IMG/VR virus record: IMGVR_UViG_3300025812_000003
DNA: 64,000 bases
DNA from: a virus
Direction: 5' to 3' (one strand)
The position numbers were made by a program, and so were the translations under genes. Positions 44,115 to 54,043 of this stretch are shown one piece after another. Under the pieces are notes generated by a model. The model made no database searches and had not been told where the DNA came from. It was given only the letters and a program-made list of their open reading frames with translations. Position 1 is the stretch's first letter, and every line of letters begins with the position of its first letter.

Positions 44115-44504
44115 TCAGCGCCCCTCGTGCCCTTCTTCCCGGATGATGTGCTCCGGGACGGCCCCCGGCCTGTCGAAGTAGCCGAGGACGAACAGGAACG
44201 CCACCAAATCCCGGTACTCCTGGAGAAGGACCTGGGGGTCCCTGAGCATCTTGCTGAACTGCTCGGCAAGCTCCTTCTTGGAGTACAGCGGCTCGAACCT
44301 GGAGGCGTCCTTGCAGAACTCGGGATTGCGGGAGCCGCACCCGTGGCAACCCACCACCTTGCGGCCCAGGACATCCGCGAGCCCGCAGTTGTACGGGCAC
44401 GGACGCAGGTTGCGCCTCAGGAACCTGCGGCGATACCTCCTCACGAGCTCCCGGAACCTTGTGAGTATTTCCTCCGCCGACTTGAGCCTTATCGGGACAT
44501 CCAT
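44115..44504 (-). CDS. Cys-rich hypothetical protein
   Basis: CPYNC..CHGC..C. Confidence 0.55.
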   Translation of the reverse strand: MDVPIRLKSAEEILTRFRELVRRYRRRFLRRNLRPCPYNCGLADVLGRKVVGCHGCGSRNPEFCKDASRFEPLYSKKELAEQFSKMLRDPQVLLQEYRDLVAFLFVLGYFDRPGAVPEHIIREEGHEGR

Positions 44505-44522
44505 GCCATCCCCTGATGTTTC

Positions 44523-45266
44523 TCAATCGAGGCGGGAGGGAGCCAGATCGTACAGCTCGGGCTTTCGGGGAACGCCGACAAGGACGGCATCGGGCCTTGT
44601 CCGCTCGTTTTCTGCCTCCTCCTCGCCAATACCGTCGAATGTCTTGGGCCGCAGGGAGGGGGAAGGATCGCCGGGGACTACCTCGTATATCCGGGTGGCG
44701 GCCTCGGCCAGCTTGGTCTGCCCCGTTATGAGGAGAATGGTGAACCCATAGTCGTTGGCCAGGCTGTGGAGCATGGTCGACACCCTGGAGAGGTTCCTCT
44801 GCCCGTTGATGTTGTTGAAGCACTCGTCGAGGCAGATGAACTTGGCCAGCCTGAACCTCTTTATCATGATGATCCTCAAGAGGAACGCCATGACGTTCTG
44901 CACCCCTCCCCCGAACGTCGTCATGGGATCCCCCGTGACGGTGCCGTGGCGGGTCTTGATCCGGTAGCTGTACCCCCGGGCCGATTCCGTCTTCTCGACT
45001 ATGCACCCGAGGGTGGGGTCGGCGAACACCTGCTGCAGCCCGGCAGTCACGATGCTCTCTATCTTCCCGATGCCGTTGGCGCTCACTACCTCGATGCACC
45101 GGTCGATGAGCCCGAGCGCCCTCTGTAGGGACGACTTTTCCTCCTCTATCCTCCTCACCTTGTCCCGAAGGCGGGATATGGACGAGGACTCGTAGTCGAG
45201 CTGCTGCCGGACCCGGGCCGTCGCCGAGCGGAACGCCGAAACGCGCAAGCCTACCTGCGCTTCCAT
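44523..45266 (-). CDS. Rad50/SbcC-like ABC ATPase, C-terminal half
   Basis: Coiled coil followed by the signature FGGGVQ and Walker B ICLDE. No Walker A. ATG 45266 after AGGAAGG. Confidence 0.8.
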   Translation of the reverse strand: MEAQVGLRVSAFRSATARVRQQLDYESSSISRLRDKVRRIEEEKSSLQRALGLIDRCIEVVSANGIGKIESIVTAGLQQVFADPTLGCIVEKTESARGYSYRIKTRHGTVTGDPMTTFGGGVQNVMAFLLRIIMIKRFRLAKFICLDECFNNINGQRNLSRVSTMLHSLANDYGFTILLITGQTKLAEAATRIYEVVPGDPSPSLRPKTFDGIGEEEAENERTRPDAVLVGVPRKPELYDLAPSRLD

Positions 45267-45676
45267 CGTCTTTCCTTCCTGAGGCGCTCCCTGGCTTTCG
45301 CAAGCCCGCATTTCGTACGATAGAGGGCCTGGTGCATGCGCTCGCCCTTTTCCTTGAGGTCGGCAATCTTGGCGGACAGCTCCTGGTAGCTTGTCCCGTC
45401 CACCGGGATATAGTTGCCCAGGTATACGGAGGCACAGCGGACTGGCCATTGGTCGACGCACCGCAGGTCGGCCTTGATGGTAAAGTCGTGGTACCCGTGG
45501 TCGAGCAGGAGGCACCGCAGGGCCTCCAGGTCGTCCATGTACATGTACAGGTCGAGCTCCACCCACATCCCGTGCCCGCACGAGCACGTGGTGTTCCACC
45601 CGTTGTCGCGAAGGAGCCTTACCAGCGACCGGATGGGAGCCTCGATGTTGGCATAGAAGCTATTCGGCCTTGGCAC
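45251..45676 (-). CDS. Hypothetical phage protein
   Basis: I..LVRLL..NG.NT..SC.H motif. Confidence 0.6.
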   Translation of the reverse strand: MPRPNSFYANIEAPIRSLVRLLRDNGWNTTCSCGHGMWVELDLYMYMDDLEALRCLLLDHGYHDFTIKADLRCVDQWPVRCASVYLGNYIPVDGTSYQELSAKIADLKEKGERMHQALYRTKCGLAKARERLRKERRWKRR

Positions 45677-45932
45677 TGGGCTTTTCCACCGCCAGCTCCG
45701 ATGCTGGGACTCTCCGCAACGGCCCCCCGCTGATGGTGCCGGTGGCGAGCGACTCGACCTTGACCTCGACGTTGTGGTACGTCAGCACGTCGAACGATCC
45801 CGACACGTTGCCGGACGGGTAGGCGCTGAACACCACCTCCCCCTGCTCCGACAGCTTGTTGAGTTCGGCCGCGAGCGAGCGGCTCTCGTAGGTCCTGAAC
45901 GACCAGACTTTCTTGGTTCTCGTCTTTGCCAT
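45660..45932 (-). CDS. Hypothetical protein
   Basis: 90 aa, RBS AGGAAGG. Confidence 0.6.
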   Translation of the reverse strand: MAKTRTKKVWSFRTYESRSLAAELNKLSEQGEVVFSAYPSGNVSGSFDVLTYHNVEVKVESLATGTISGGPLRRVPASELAVEKPSAKAE

Positions 45933-45986
45933 TGGATCCTTCCTTTCGTGGTTCTAATACCAGCTTGCGGGCCATTCCGACTACTG

Positions 45987-46187
45987 CTAGTCCGTCGCGG
46001 GCCTCGGCTCGGACTCTAGCCCGGTCAATTTCATGGCATCCACCACCCCGGCTATCAAGTTCCCGAAGCCTGCCAAGGCCGCCTTTTCGTCGGTACCGTC
46101 CTTCCAGTGCACGCATCCGAACAAGGATTCGTGGTACACGAGGCTTCCGTCGTCCTCGTTGAGGTTTATGGCTATATCGAGCTTCAT
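45987..46187 (-). CDS. Hypothetical protein
   Basis: ATG 46187 overlaps the stop of the upstream gene (ATGA). Confidence 0.5.
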   Translation of the reverse strand: MKLDIAINLNEDDGSLVYHESLFGCVHWKDGTDEKAALAGFGNLIAGVVDAMKLTGLESEPRPATD

Positions 46188-47194
46188 GGCAGCACCCTGA
46201 AGTCCACCTCGAAGAGCCCCCGGCTCATCCTCATGGCGGGGAGGCCCGCCTTGGGGGCCGTCGAGAGCAGGGAGGCCTCCTTGTCCCCGGATTGCGCCAG
46301 CGCGTCGGCCAGGAGCTTGGCGGTCTGGCCAGTGATGCCGAACTTCGCCCACGAGGGCGGGCATTCCCCGAGGCTGAACACCGCCTCGTTGCCGTACTTG
46401 TCCCGGCACGACACCCCCCTCTCCGGGCCGATCTCCACCCTGTCGGTGCCCTCACACAGCACCAGGACGCTGCGAAAGGCCTGGACAAGCCGGACGGCGT
46501 CCAGGCGGGCGGCCTCGACGCCCGGGACGTCGAACACCTGGCGGAGCGGGTCCAGGAACCCGTGGGAGGAGAACGCCCCGACCATCCCGCCCTTGTGGGC
46601 TATCCAGTACCCGTTCCCGCTGATGGACAGGAAGTCGGCGGGGGAGCCGCAGACGAAATCCAGGAAGGACTTGCGGGGGCCGGAGGAGATGTGCCCGAGG
46701 GATTCCGGCACCTTCCACTTGACCAGGCCCGCCTGCGTCCCGATGACTAGCTTGCCCCCGTCGAGGCTCGTGCTGGCCACGGGAAAGGGCGTCACGTCGA
46801 TCCCCGAGAACGCCGAGGCGTCCAGCCTTTCCTTGACGGGCTCCCCGACGCTGTGGTACTTGACCCCGGTGCTTCTCTCCCGGACCGTGTGGACGTGCAT
46901 GAAGTTGCGGTACGGCCCGTCCACCGACTCTATGCATACGATGCCCCCGTCGTCCGCCGAGAACTCCAGGCTGTCCGCGGAGGCCCGGAGGCAGTCCTGG
47001 AGGTGGCCGAAGGACACGAAGTGCCTGGTTTCCACGGGGTCGAAGTCCCTGGACTGGACGAAGCTGAAGGAGCTGGACCTATAGAACCGGGGGGGCTTCC
47101 CGGGAGGGACCTGGACGGACACGTAGGGGCAGGCGCTGTTGTCGAGCGTCCCGACCATGCGCAGCAAGGGGACGAGGCTGGCTTTTTTTATCAT
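46184..47194 (-). CDS. Probable sliding clamp (beta-clamp-like)
   Basis: 336 aa, alternating alpha/beta composition, FGI....LLADAL near the C-terminus. A clamp loader is present in the same window. Confidence 0.4.
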   Translation of the reverse strand: MIKKASLVPLLRMVGTLDNSACPYVSVQVPPGKPPRFYRSSSFSFVQSRDFDPVETRHFVSFGHLQDCLRASADSLEFSADDGGIVCIESVDGPYRNFMHVHTVRERSTGVKYHSVGEPVKERLDASAFSGIDVTPFPVASTSLDGGKLVIGTQAGLVKWKVPESLGHISSGPRKSFLDFVCGSPADFLSISGNGYWIAHKGGMVGAFSSHGFLDPLRQVFDVPGVEAARLDAVRLVQAFRSVLVLCEGTDRVEIGPERGVSCRDKYGNEAVFSLGECPPSWAKFGITGQTAKLLADALAQSGDKEASLLSTAPKAGLPAMRMSRGLFEVDFRVLP

Positions 47195-47196
47195 CT

Positions 47197-47403
47197 TTAC
47201 TCCTTAAACAGCTCAGCGTAGGGTTCTGTCCAGTCCGGCACGGACCAGAAGATGCTTCGGTCAAAAAGGGTAAGGGCGTGCCTGCCAACCTTCTTGAGTG
47301 CCGCGATGGCTTCGGGATGCTTCCCGCCCGCGACGATCTCTGCTTTTACCTTTGCACACACCTGCTCGATGACATGCTCGGCAGCGACTTCCTCTGCGCT
47401 CAT
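47197..47403 (-). CDS. Hypothetical protein
   Basis: ATG 47403 (MSAEEVAAEH) after GGAGA. Confidence 0.5.
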   Translation of the reverse strand: MSAEEVAAEHVIEQVCAKVKAEIVAGGKHPEAIAALKKVGRHALTLFDRSIFWSVPDWTEPYAELFKE

Positions 47404-47443
47404 GGATGTCTCTCCGCAGGACAATACCGAGTTTCTAGGAAGG

Positions 47444-50400
47444 TTATATGGAGATGCCCTCGGCATTCGAGTAGCCCGAGCTGCCGTCCCCGGAGGCGGC
47501 CTGGATGCGGAACAGGTAGGCATGGCCCCTTGCAAGGGACAAGACGGCATTCTCCACCGCCCCGCTCCCGACCGTGGCAGCGAGCTGCCATGTGGCACCC
47601 CCGTCCGTGGAGGACTGGATGACGTATCCGCTGCATAGGTCCGGACGAGTCTGCGTCCAGCCGAGGTTTACTCGTTCCAGGTTGGGCATCAGGGGGTTGG
47701 CCCCGCCGTCCGTAGGCGTGCCGAGGATCGGGGCCAAGGGCTTGCCGGAATAGGCGTCCTCGGGCTCGAACAATATCTCCCCGCTGGTCACGTACTGGTT
47801 GACCAGCCTGGACTTGTCCCACGTCCCCACGATCCTGCCTTGCGATAAGTTCACGAGGGTTTCGTAGGTGCTCCCGTCCGTCCCGATTGTGCCCACGAGC
47901 ACCTTGCCCGAACGTAGGTTCTCCACGTTGGCCAACCTGACGAACTGCACGTTGTTAGCCCCGTAGAGCCTCTGCGACGAGAGGCTGATCTCAAGCAGCC
48001 CCTGGACGGAAAAGTCGGAGCTGTCGACCTGAAGGAGGAGGCACCCGTCCGGGCCGGAAAGCACCAGGACCCGGCTGCCCGCAAACCCCACGGTGGAGAA
48101 TATCCTGGAAAAGGCAAGTCCGGACAGGCTGTGCAGGTCCAGCACCACGTCTGGGTCATCCGTTTCTACCAGCAGGGTCTGGCCAAAACGGTACACGTTC
48201 CCGTCCGCCCCGAGAACGAGCGTGTAGTCGTCCTCCGTGTGGATTGCGTCCAGGACGAGTGGGGGAGGAAGCGGAGGAGAGGAGGTCGAGCTAGGCAGCA
48301 GGGCCTTCCTAAGCACCGACCCGGGAGTGCCCTCCACGTAGACGATCACCGAATATGGCGAGATCACGACGTAGCGATCCGTGCCATCGAGTATCGAGGT
48401 GCGCTTGACGCTGAAGAAGTCCGTGTAGACGGATGAGACGTCCAAAGGGCCCCACCAGCCCGATAAGGGGCTGAGGGACGGAGGGACGTTGCGTTGCGCT
48501 ATGTTTCCCGGCCAGGCGGACCGGCTGAGCCTGAGCGAGTCGTGGGCGGAGAAGTCATACGATACTACGTAGACGAATATGGACTGGGTGACGAGCGCAT
48601 TGACCCCATCGTCGACCGTAAGGCTCCATTCCAGAGTCTCTCCCCCCACCATCGTCCCCCCGGAGGAGAAGGTCAGGGACGCGGTGCCCGTTCCGGTGGC
48701 CTGCACGGGGGTGCCCTGGATTTGGATCCACGAATACGTCGTGGCGTCGTCCGCGTCCTTGTCACCCGTTATCGAGGGCGATATCGTGGAGTACGAGTTC
48801 CTCTGGACGGTCGGAGGCGGTGGCATCGTTATCACCGGAGGGGCATTGAACGGCACCAGGAGACCGGACGGGGGAGAGGGACGGGACTGGATCACGACAA
48901 ATTGGGGGGCCGAGATGGCGTATCCGCTGTCCAGGGCAAGGAGATAGTCGTGCCCCAGGACCTGGGCGGGCGTGGCGAACTGCACAGTGCCGGAAAATTC
49001 CGCCGATGGCGGGGAGGAGGAGGTCCCCGTGGACGTGACGGTCACGATGGCATTGTTGAGGAACGCGGCGGCCTGGAGGCCGTAGAGGAGCACCTGCTGC
49101 CCTATGGCCAGGTCAGCGGAGTCCGACAGGATCGTCGCGGTGTTGGAGGCGAAGTCGTAGGACGCCCCCGCCACCGCCATGGGCGGATGGTTGGGGGATG
49201 CGCCCGTGTAATCCACCGCCGCCACGGCGACGCTGACCGGGACCTCCGCACCGCCGATGGCCCTGCTCACCAGCAGGGAGGCAAAAGGACCGCTGGCGGA
49301 GAGGACGATGTCCGCGTTTTGTGGGACCAGGGACCACGTGTACTGCACCGTGTCCCCCGTGTCGGGATCGTACGTCCCGCTGGCGTCGAGAAGGAACGGC
49401 ATGCCGCGCAGCACCGTGCCGCCCAAGGGGGAAAGCTCGGCAGTCGGGGGGACGTTGAAGTGCGACACGTAGTACGGCTGGCCCGCCTCGCCCGTGGACT
49501 TCTCCCCCACGGCCGCCCATTTCGTCCCATCGTCGAGCACGGACTTGGTCCCGCGCAGCCAAGTCAGGCTCAGGTCTGCATAGGTGGAGGGGCTTACTAT
49601 GCCGAGGCCGACCAGGTCGAGGCGTCCCGTATACAGGGGCCAGGCGAGCGGGGACAGGGCCCAGTGAACGACATCGGACGAGGGAGGAAGCAATGGCTGC
49701 CAGTCGGTCGGGTCGTAGGGAGGGCTGGGCAGGTTGGACAGAACGATTCCCAGGGAAACGTAGAAGGACGGCACCTTGACGGCGCTTCCTGCCAGGTAGC
49801 TTTCCGATGGGTCCCATGCCGGTGCGCTTGCCGGGACGGCCTCGTCCGGCCTCAGGGTGCGCCAGTTCTCCGTGTCCTGCGCGGGGGGCAGTGCCTCGGG
49901 ATTGCCCGTTATCCCCTGGAGGGCGATGTAGTAGACCGGGACGGCCACGATGTCGTCCTTGGAATAGGCGGCCTGCAGCGCCCACCATCCCCTGTTGCGG
50001 ACGGGCACTATGCAGACGTAGTTGCTGATGACATAGGAAACATTGTCGTTGACATCATAGCTGCTCTGCCATTCCGGCCTGATCGTCGGGACCCCGTAGG
50101 ACCATGCTCCCCGCATGGCATATGCCGGGGAAAGCAGGTAGGACATGCTGGCCCCCTGCGTGAGGGACAGAGAGAGCACGGCCTGGAGGATCGACCCCCC
50201 GAGGGCCGAGCCCGACCCGACCTTCCACGACCAGGGGACGGGGGGCGAAATGGAGCCGTCGAAATGTCCCATGAGGACGTTGCCGACGACGCTGTTCCGC
50301 TGGGGGTCCTGCGTGTAGAAGACCGTCGACGCCGTGCGGGTCGTGCCGCTGGGGACGACCGTCAGGCGATTGTCCGTGTAGCGCGCCGTGAAGGTCGTGA

Positions 50401-51460
50401 GCACCGTGGCCGGGCCCCACGAAAAGTAGGGCGGAGAGAGGATGCCGGAAAGGGTTAGCTGGCTGACGGTGAAGGTCTGGTCCTGGAACGACACGTCCTT
50501 GGGATGGCTCTCGTAGTAGACCTCGACCGTGGAACCATCGGGGGAGCATGCGGAGGCGGAGCCGAACACCGGCCCGCTGCGGAACGGGGAGCTGGCCAGC
50601 AGGAACGGGGGCGTCATTATGGTATCCAGGCTGCTGAGCTCGAACCCGAGCAGGGAATGCCCCGGAAGCCATGTGGCGTACCCCGACTCGAAGGCCGGGG
50701 GGCTGGCGGACTGGGAGTACGTGCCCGGGTACGCATAGGGGGCGGTGAAGTGCCAGCCGTCCGAGGATGCCACCGTGACGGACTGCCCGTTGAGGAACTG
50801 GGCTATTTGGATGCCCGAGAACTGGACGACCATGCTGGGCTGGAAGTCGTTGTCCGCCGTTACGGTAAGGACGTTGCCGGATATCGAGACTCCCGTGACC
50901 TGCGCCACGGTGTCGATCATGTCCACCGTCGAGGGATTGGTGACGGCGACGACGACGAACGAGCCTCCCGTGGACAGCGGGCATACGTCGTACCCCTCCC
51001 GGACGTACGAAGCGGTGGCAAGGACCACCGGCCCGACCAGGCCGTCGTAAGGAGGGGAAGCAGACGGAGCATGGGTGTCGAACGTGAACTTCACGAGGTC
51101 CACCGGGATGGCTTCCTGGGACGACGAAAGGTCGCTTCCCGTAAGCCCGGTGCGGTTGTCCTGCGTGCCTATGATGTGAATGTAGCGGCTTCCGTCATAG
51201 GCGACCACGGGATCGAACGACTCGTTGAGGGACGGGAACGTGTACTGCGCGACCTGGGTAAAGGACCAGCCGGGCCCCGGGTCGGGGGGGACGGGGTTGG
51301 ACATCAGGATGACGAAGGAGTTGTCGGACGGGCGTACTTGGCTGACTACGTACAGGGTGCCGGGAGACGGGGGGCTCCCGGAGCCCGGGACCTCCACGAA
51401 GGCCGCGTTGCCCTCGTAGAGATCGGAAGACCAAGTGACGGAATCAAGAGGAGTAAGCAT
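47444..51460 (-). CDS. Large virion structural protein with PKD/REJ-like and CBM5/12-like segments
   Basis: About 1338 aa, Ser/Thr/Pro-rich. Motifs LDASGTYDPD.GD...YTWS, YSWIQIQG and LTVDDG (PKD-like), and W....Y.....V repeats (CBM5/12-like). Confidence 0.6.
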   Translation of the reverse strand: MLTPLDSVTWSSDLYEGNAAFVEVPGSGSPPSPGTLYVVSQVRPSDNSFVILMSNPVPPDPGPGWSFTQVAQYTFPSLNESFDPVVAYDGSRYIHIIGTQDNRTGLTGSDLSSSQEAIPVDLVKFTFDTHAPSASPPYDGLVGPVVLATASYVREGYDVCPLSTGGSFVVVAVTNPSTVDMIDTVAQVTGVSISGNVLTVTADNDFQPSMVVQFSGIQIAQFLNGQSVTVASSDGWHFTAPYAYPGTYSQSASPPAFESGYATWLPGHSLLGFELSSLDTIMTPPFLLASSPFRSGPVFGSASACSPDGSTVEVYYESHPKDVSFQDQTFTVSQLTLSGILSPPYFSWGPATVLTTFTARYTDNRLTVVPSGTTRTASTVFYTQDPQRNSVVGNVLMGHFDGSISPPVPWSWKVGSGSALGGSILQAVLSLSLTQGASMSYLLSPAYAMRGAWSYGVPTIRPEWQSSYDVNDNVSYVISNYVCIVPVRNRGWWALQAAYSKDDIVAVPVYYIALQGITGNPEALPPAQDTENWRTLRPDEAVPASAPAWDPSESYLAGSAVKVPSFYVSLGIVLSNLPSPPYDPTDWQPLLPPSSDVVHWALSPLAWPLYTGRLDLVGLGIVSPSTYADLSLTWLRGTKSVLDDGTKWAAVGEKSTGEAGQPYYVSHFNVPPTAELSPLGGTVLRGMPFLLDASGTYDPDTGDTVQYTWSLVPQNADIVLSASGPFASLLVSRAIGGAEVPVSVAVAAVDYTGASPNHPPMAVAGASYDFASNTATILSDSADLAIGQQVLLYGLQAAAFLNNAIVTVTSTGTSSSPPSAEFSGTVQFATPAQVLGHDYLLALDSGYAISAPQFVVIQSRPSPPSGLLVPFNAPPVITMPPPPTVQRNSYSTISPSITGDKDADDATTYSWIQIQGTPVQATGTGTASLTFSSGGTMVGGETLEWSLTVDDGVNALVTQSIFVYVVSYDFSAHDSLRLSRSAWPGNIAQRNVPPSLSPLSGWWGPLDVSSVYTDFFSVKRTSILDGTDRYVVISPYSVIVYVEGTPGSVLRKALLPSSTSSPPLPPPLVLDAIHTEDDYTLVLGADGNVYRFGQTLLVETDDPDVVLDLHSLSGLAFSRIFSTVGFAGSRVLVLSGPDGCLLLQVDSSDFSVQGLLEISLSSQRLYGANNVQFVRLANVENLRSGKVLVGTIGTDGSTYETLVNLSQGRIVGTWDKSRLVNQYVTSGEILFEPEDAYSGKPLAPILGTPTDGGANPLMPNLERVNLGWTQTRPDLCSGYVIQSSTDGGATWQLAATVGSGAVENAVLSLARGHAYLFRIQAASGDGSSGYSNAEGISI

Positions 51461-51523
51461 CGGCAATCCAAGCTATGCACCCGCCGTAAGCGCCCTGGCA
51501 TTGGTCCGTCTTCCCAGCGAGCC

Positions 51524-54010
51524 TCATGCCATTCCCTGCCCGGAACCTTCCGGGCCTTGCTCGGGCTCCTGCTCGGTCTCGTCGAGCTGCATCCCCTTGA
51601 TGACCCTCTTGAGGATGTCGGACTTCGTCAGGATGGCCTCCCCGAGGCTGTTGTAGATGGCGGAAAGCAGCTCGTTGAACTTGCTGTCGTTGACCCCGTA
51701 GAGGTCCTCCTCCAGCCTGCGTTTGCAGTCCTCAGGGTCGATCTCCAGGAACTCCAGCACGATGCTGACCGGGATGCTCCCCTTGCTGTACAGGTTGTAC
51801 AGCATGTCGTAGACGTCCCCGGAATCCCTAAGGGCCAGGCGGGAGAACGACACCTTGGGGTATATCCAGCGGGCCTTCCCCCACTTGTCCATCTCGTAGA
51901 AGCCCTTCTTCATCGCAATCGGGAGGAATATGCCCTGCTCGACGATGTCCGCGAGCACGTCCCGGAACTGGAGGTAGGACGTCTCGATGAGCTGGAGCTG
52001 GACCTTGTTGCCGCTGTACAGCCCCTCGCCGATGAGTATCTCGGGCGAGAACCCGAGGCCGATGGAAAGGTCGGAGTTGGTGTGCTGCCATTCCCCGTCC
52101 AGGGACAGGAGCCGCCCGTCGCTGCCGATCTCGTCCCACCTGCACTCGTAGTTGACCACGACGCTGTAGTCCGGGTCGGCCTTCGCCTCGTCGACGTGGG
52201 CCCGCAGGGCCAGCACCTCGCTGGTCGGTATCTCGGGGGCCACGATCAGCGTCTTGGGGGTCATGTTGCGGCTGGCCAGCGTGCTCTGCACCTGGCGCAG
52301 CTTCTCGCGGTAGATGACCGTGCGGATGCAGCGCTGGAGTATGGAGCGCCCGTGCAGCTCGTAGTCGGACTTCTTCCTCGGGAAGTGGATGACGTACGAC
52401 CCCTTGAACGGGTCCTTGTTGAGCGCCACCTTCCCCTTCTCTTCGAGCATCGCCTTGACCTTGGGGTCTATCTCGGGATCTTCGAGGTAGGCGGTCTTCT
52501 GCTTTTCCAGGGGCTTGTAGTAGATGGTGGCCCCATCGGTCAGCCCGCCCTCGGCCGCCAGCTCGATCTGCTCCGGGGGCAGGACCTGGATCTTGTCGAA
52601 CCCCTCGTAGTCCTTGTTCGCCACGTGGGAGAACAGCTCCTCCTCCTCCCGCCTTTTCTCCCGTATTTCCTTCAGTTCCTCAAGTACCTTCTTCTTTTTC
52701 TCCAGCAGCTTGATGACGCGCTTCAATTCCATCAGCTCCTGCTGCTTGGCTATGCTGGAGCCCTGCGATATGGCGTCCTGGACCGGCCCTGCGGCGTCCC
52801 CGGGGGTGGGGGGCCCGGCGGGGAAGCCCCCGCCTCCTCCCCCCATCACGGGGGGCGCTCCGCCAAGATCGTCCATCGGGGGGACCGCCGCGTCGTCGGG
52901 CCCTCCCATCCCCTCGACTCCCGCCAGCCCCGCGTCCCCGAGCGGCGCTCCCTCCCCTCCCGGGGGAGGAGGAGGCGCATCCGCGCCGGCCGGCGGGTCG
53001 GCGGGGGCCGCCGTGACGGAGATGGGATGCTCGTCGTCCGCGCCGTCCCTGGAGATCACCTTGGCAAGCTTCTTGATCCCCCTGGAAAGGCTGGCCTTCT
53101 TCCTGCCTATTTCCTTCTTGACGGCGTCGATGCTCTCCCCGGGAGAAAAGCCCAGCCCCGCCTTCTCGATCTCCTCGATGTCCGAGGAGCGCTTCCTCAG
53201 CCAGGAGGACCTTTTCTCGGGCTGCAGGAAGTCGAGGATGCGGTCCGCCGTGCCTCCCAGCGGGGGGTTCTCGGCGTCCATGCCGGGCTCGGTCCCCTGG
53301 GCATTCGTTTTCTTTCCCCTCTCCTCGTCCTTCTTGATTACCGCCTTGGCCATGTCGCACGGCTCGACCTCGTCGGACTCCTCGATGAATATGAAGGACT
53401 CCCCGATGTTCCAGTGCTCGCGGACGGCCTGGATGAGGACCTGGAAGAACTTGGTCCTGCTCACCATCCCCTGGAAGTAGTCGTACACGTAGTCGGCGAA
53501 GTCGTCGCTTGAGCACTTCGGCTTCTCCAGCGTCCACTTGGACAGGGGAAGCTCGGTGTGCATGTCGATGGCGCGCCCGACTATGGGGTCGCGGTCGTAG
53601 GCAAGGCGGTAGAACCTCAGCTCCTCGGCCCTGGAGGCGGGAAGCTCAAGGGCGTCCACCGGGAACTCGTAGCTGTAGTAGCCGATGTTGTTGGAGTCGG
53701 CTATGTCCGCGTTCCCGAGCGTGCCGTCGGAGAACAAGGCGGCGGTCTTGTCGAACCTTGCCAGCTCGTACATCCCCCACCCGGAGGCCCCGAGCGGGAG
53801 GCCCTGGACCGCCGCCTGGCGGATTCTGGAAATCTGGATGTCGGCGATCTCCCCGGAGGACGTCATGGAGGTGCGGGGCCCGGCGGAGGCGAACTGCCTT
53901 CCGCCCTTGCCGGTGGCGATCTTCCTTTTCACCTCAGTGGTGCCGATGCGGAGGTTTGCGCCCCTCTCCCTCTTTCCCAGCCTGTTCTTCGGAGTCTTTT
54001 TCTCAGCCAT
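51524..54010 (-). CDS. Phage portal protein with large low-complexity insertion
   Basis: R.FYR..Y..DP.VG.AID.H.ELP, F...VRE.W.IGE.F, IHF.RK.S.Y...G.SIL.R, D..IGLG. Size and pattern match large-myovirus portals. Confidence 0.75.
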   Translation of the reverse strand: MAEKKTPKNRLGKRERGANLRIGTTEVKRKIATGKGGRQFASAGPRTSMTSSGEIADIQISRIRQAAVQGLPLGASGWGMYELARFDKTAALFSDGTLGNADIADSNNIGYYSYEFPVDALELPASRAEELRFYRLAYDRDPIVGRAIDMHTELPLSKWTLEKPKCSSDDFADYVYDYFQGMVSRTKFFQVLIQAVREHWNIGESFIFIEESDEVEPCDMAKAVIKKDEERGKKTNAQGTEPGMDAENPPLGGTADRILDFLQPEKRSSWLRKRSSDIEEIEKAGLGFSPGESIDAVKKEIGRKKASLSRGIKKLAKVISRDGADDEHPISVTAAPADPPAGADAPPPPPGGEGAPLGDAGLAGVEGMGGPDDAAVPPMDDLGGAPPVMGGGGGGFPAGPPTPGDAAGPVQDAISQGSSIAKQQELMELKRVIKLLEKKKKVLEELKEIREKRREEEELFSHVANKDYEGFDKIQVLPPEQIELAAEGGLTDGATIYYKPLEKQKTAYLEDPEIDPKVKAMLEEKGKVALNKDPFKGSYVIHFPRKKSDYELHGRSILQRCIRTVIYREKLRQVQSTLASRNMTPKTLIVAPEIPTSEVLALRAHVDEAKADPDYSVVVNYECRWDEIGSDGRLLSLDGEWQHTNSDLSIGLGFSPEILIGEGLYSGNKVQLQLIETSYLQFRDVLADIVEQGIFLPIAMKKGFYEMDKWGKARWIYPKVSFSRLALRDSGDVYDMLYNLYSKGSIPVSIVLEFLEIDPEDCKRRLEEDLYGVNDSKFNELLSAIYNSLGEAILTKSDILKRVIKGMQLDETEQEPEQGPEGSGQGMA

Positions 54011-54043
54011 GGTTCCTCAATAAAGCACCGAATAGCCAGGGAT

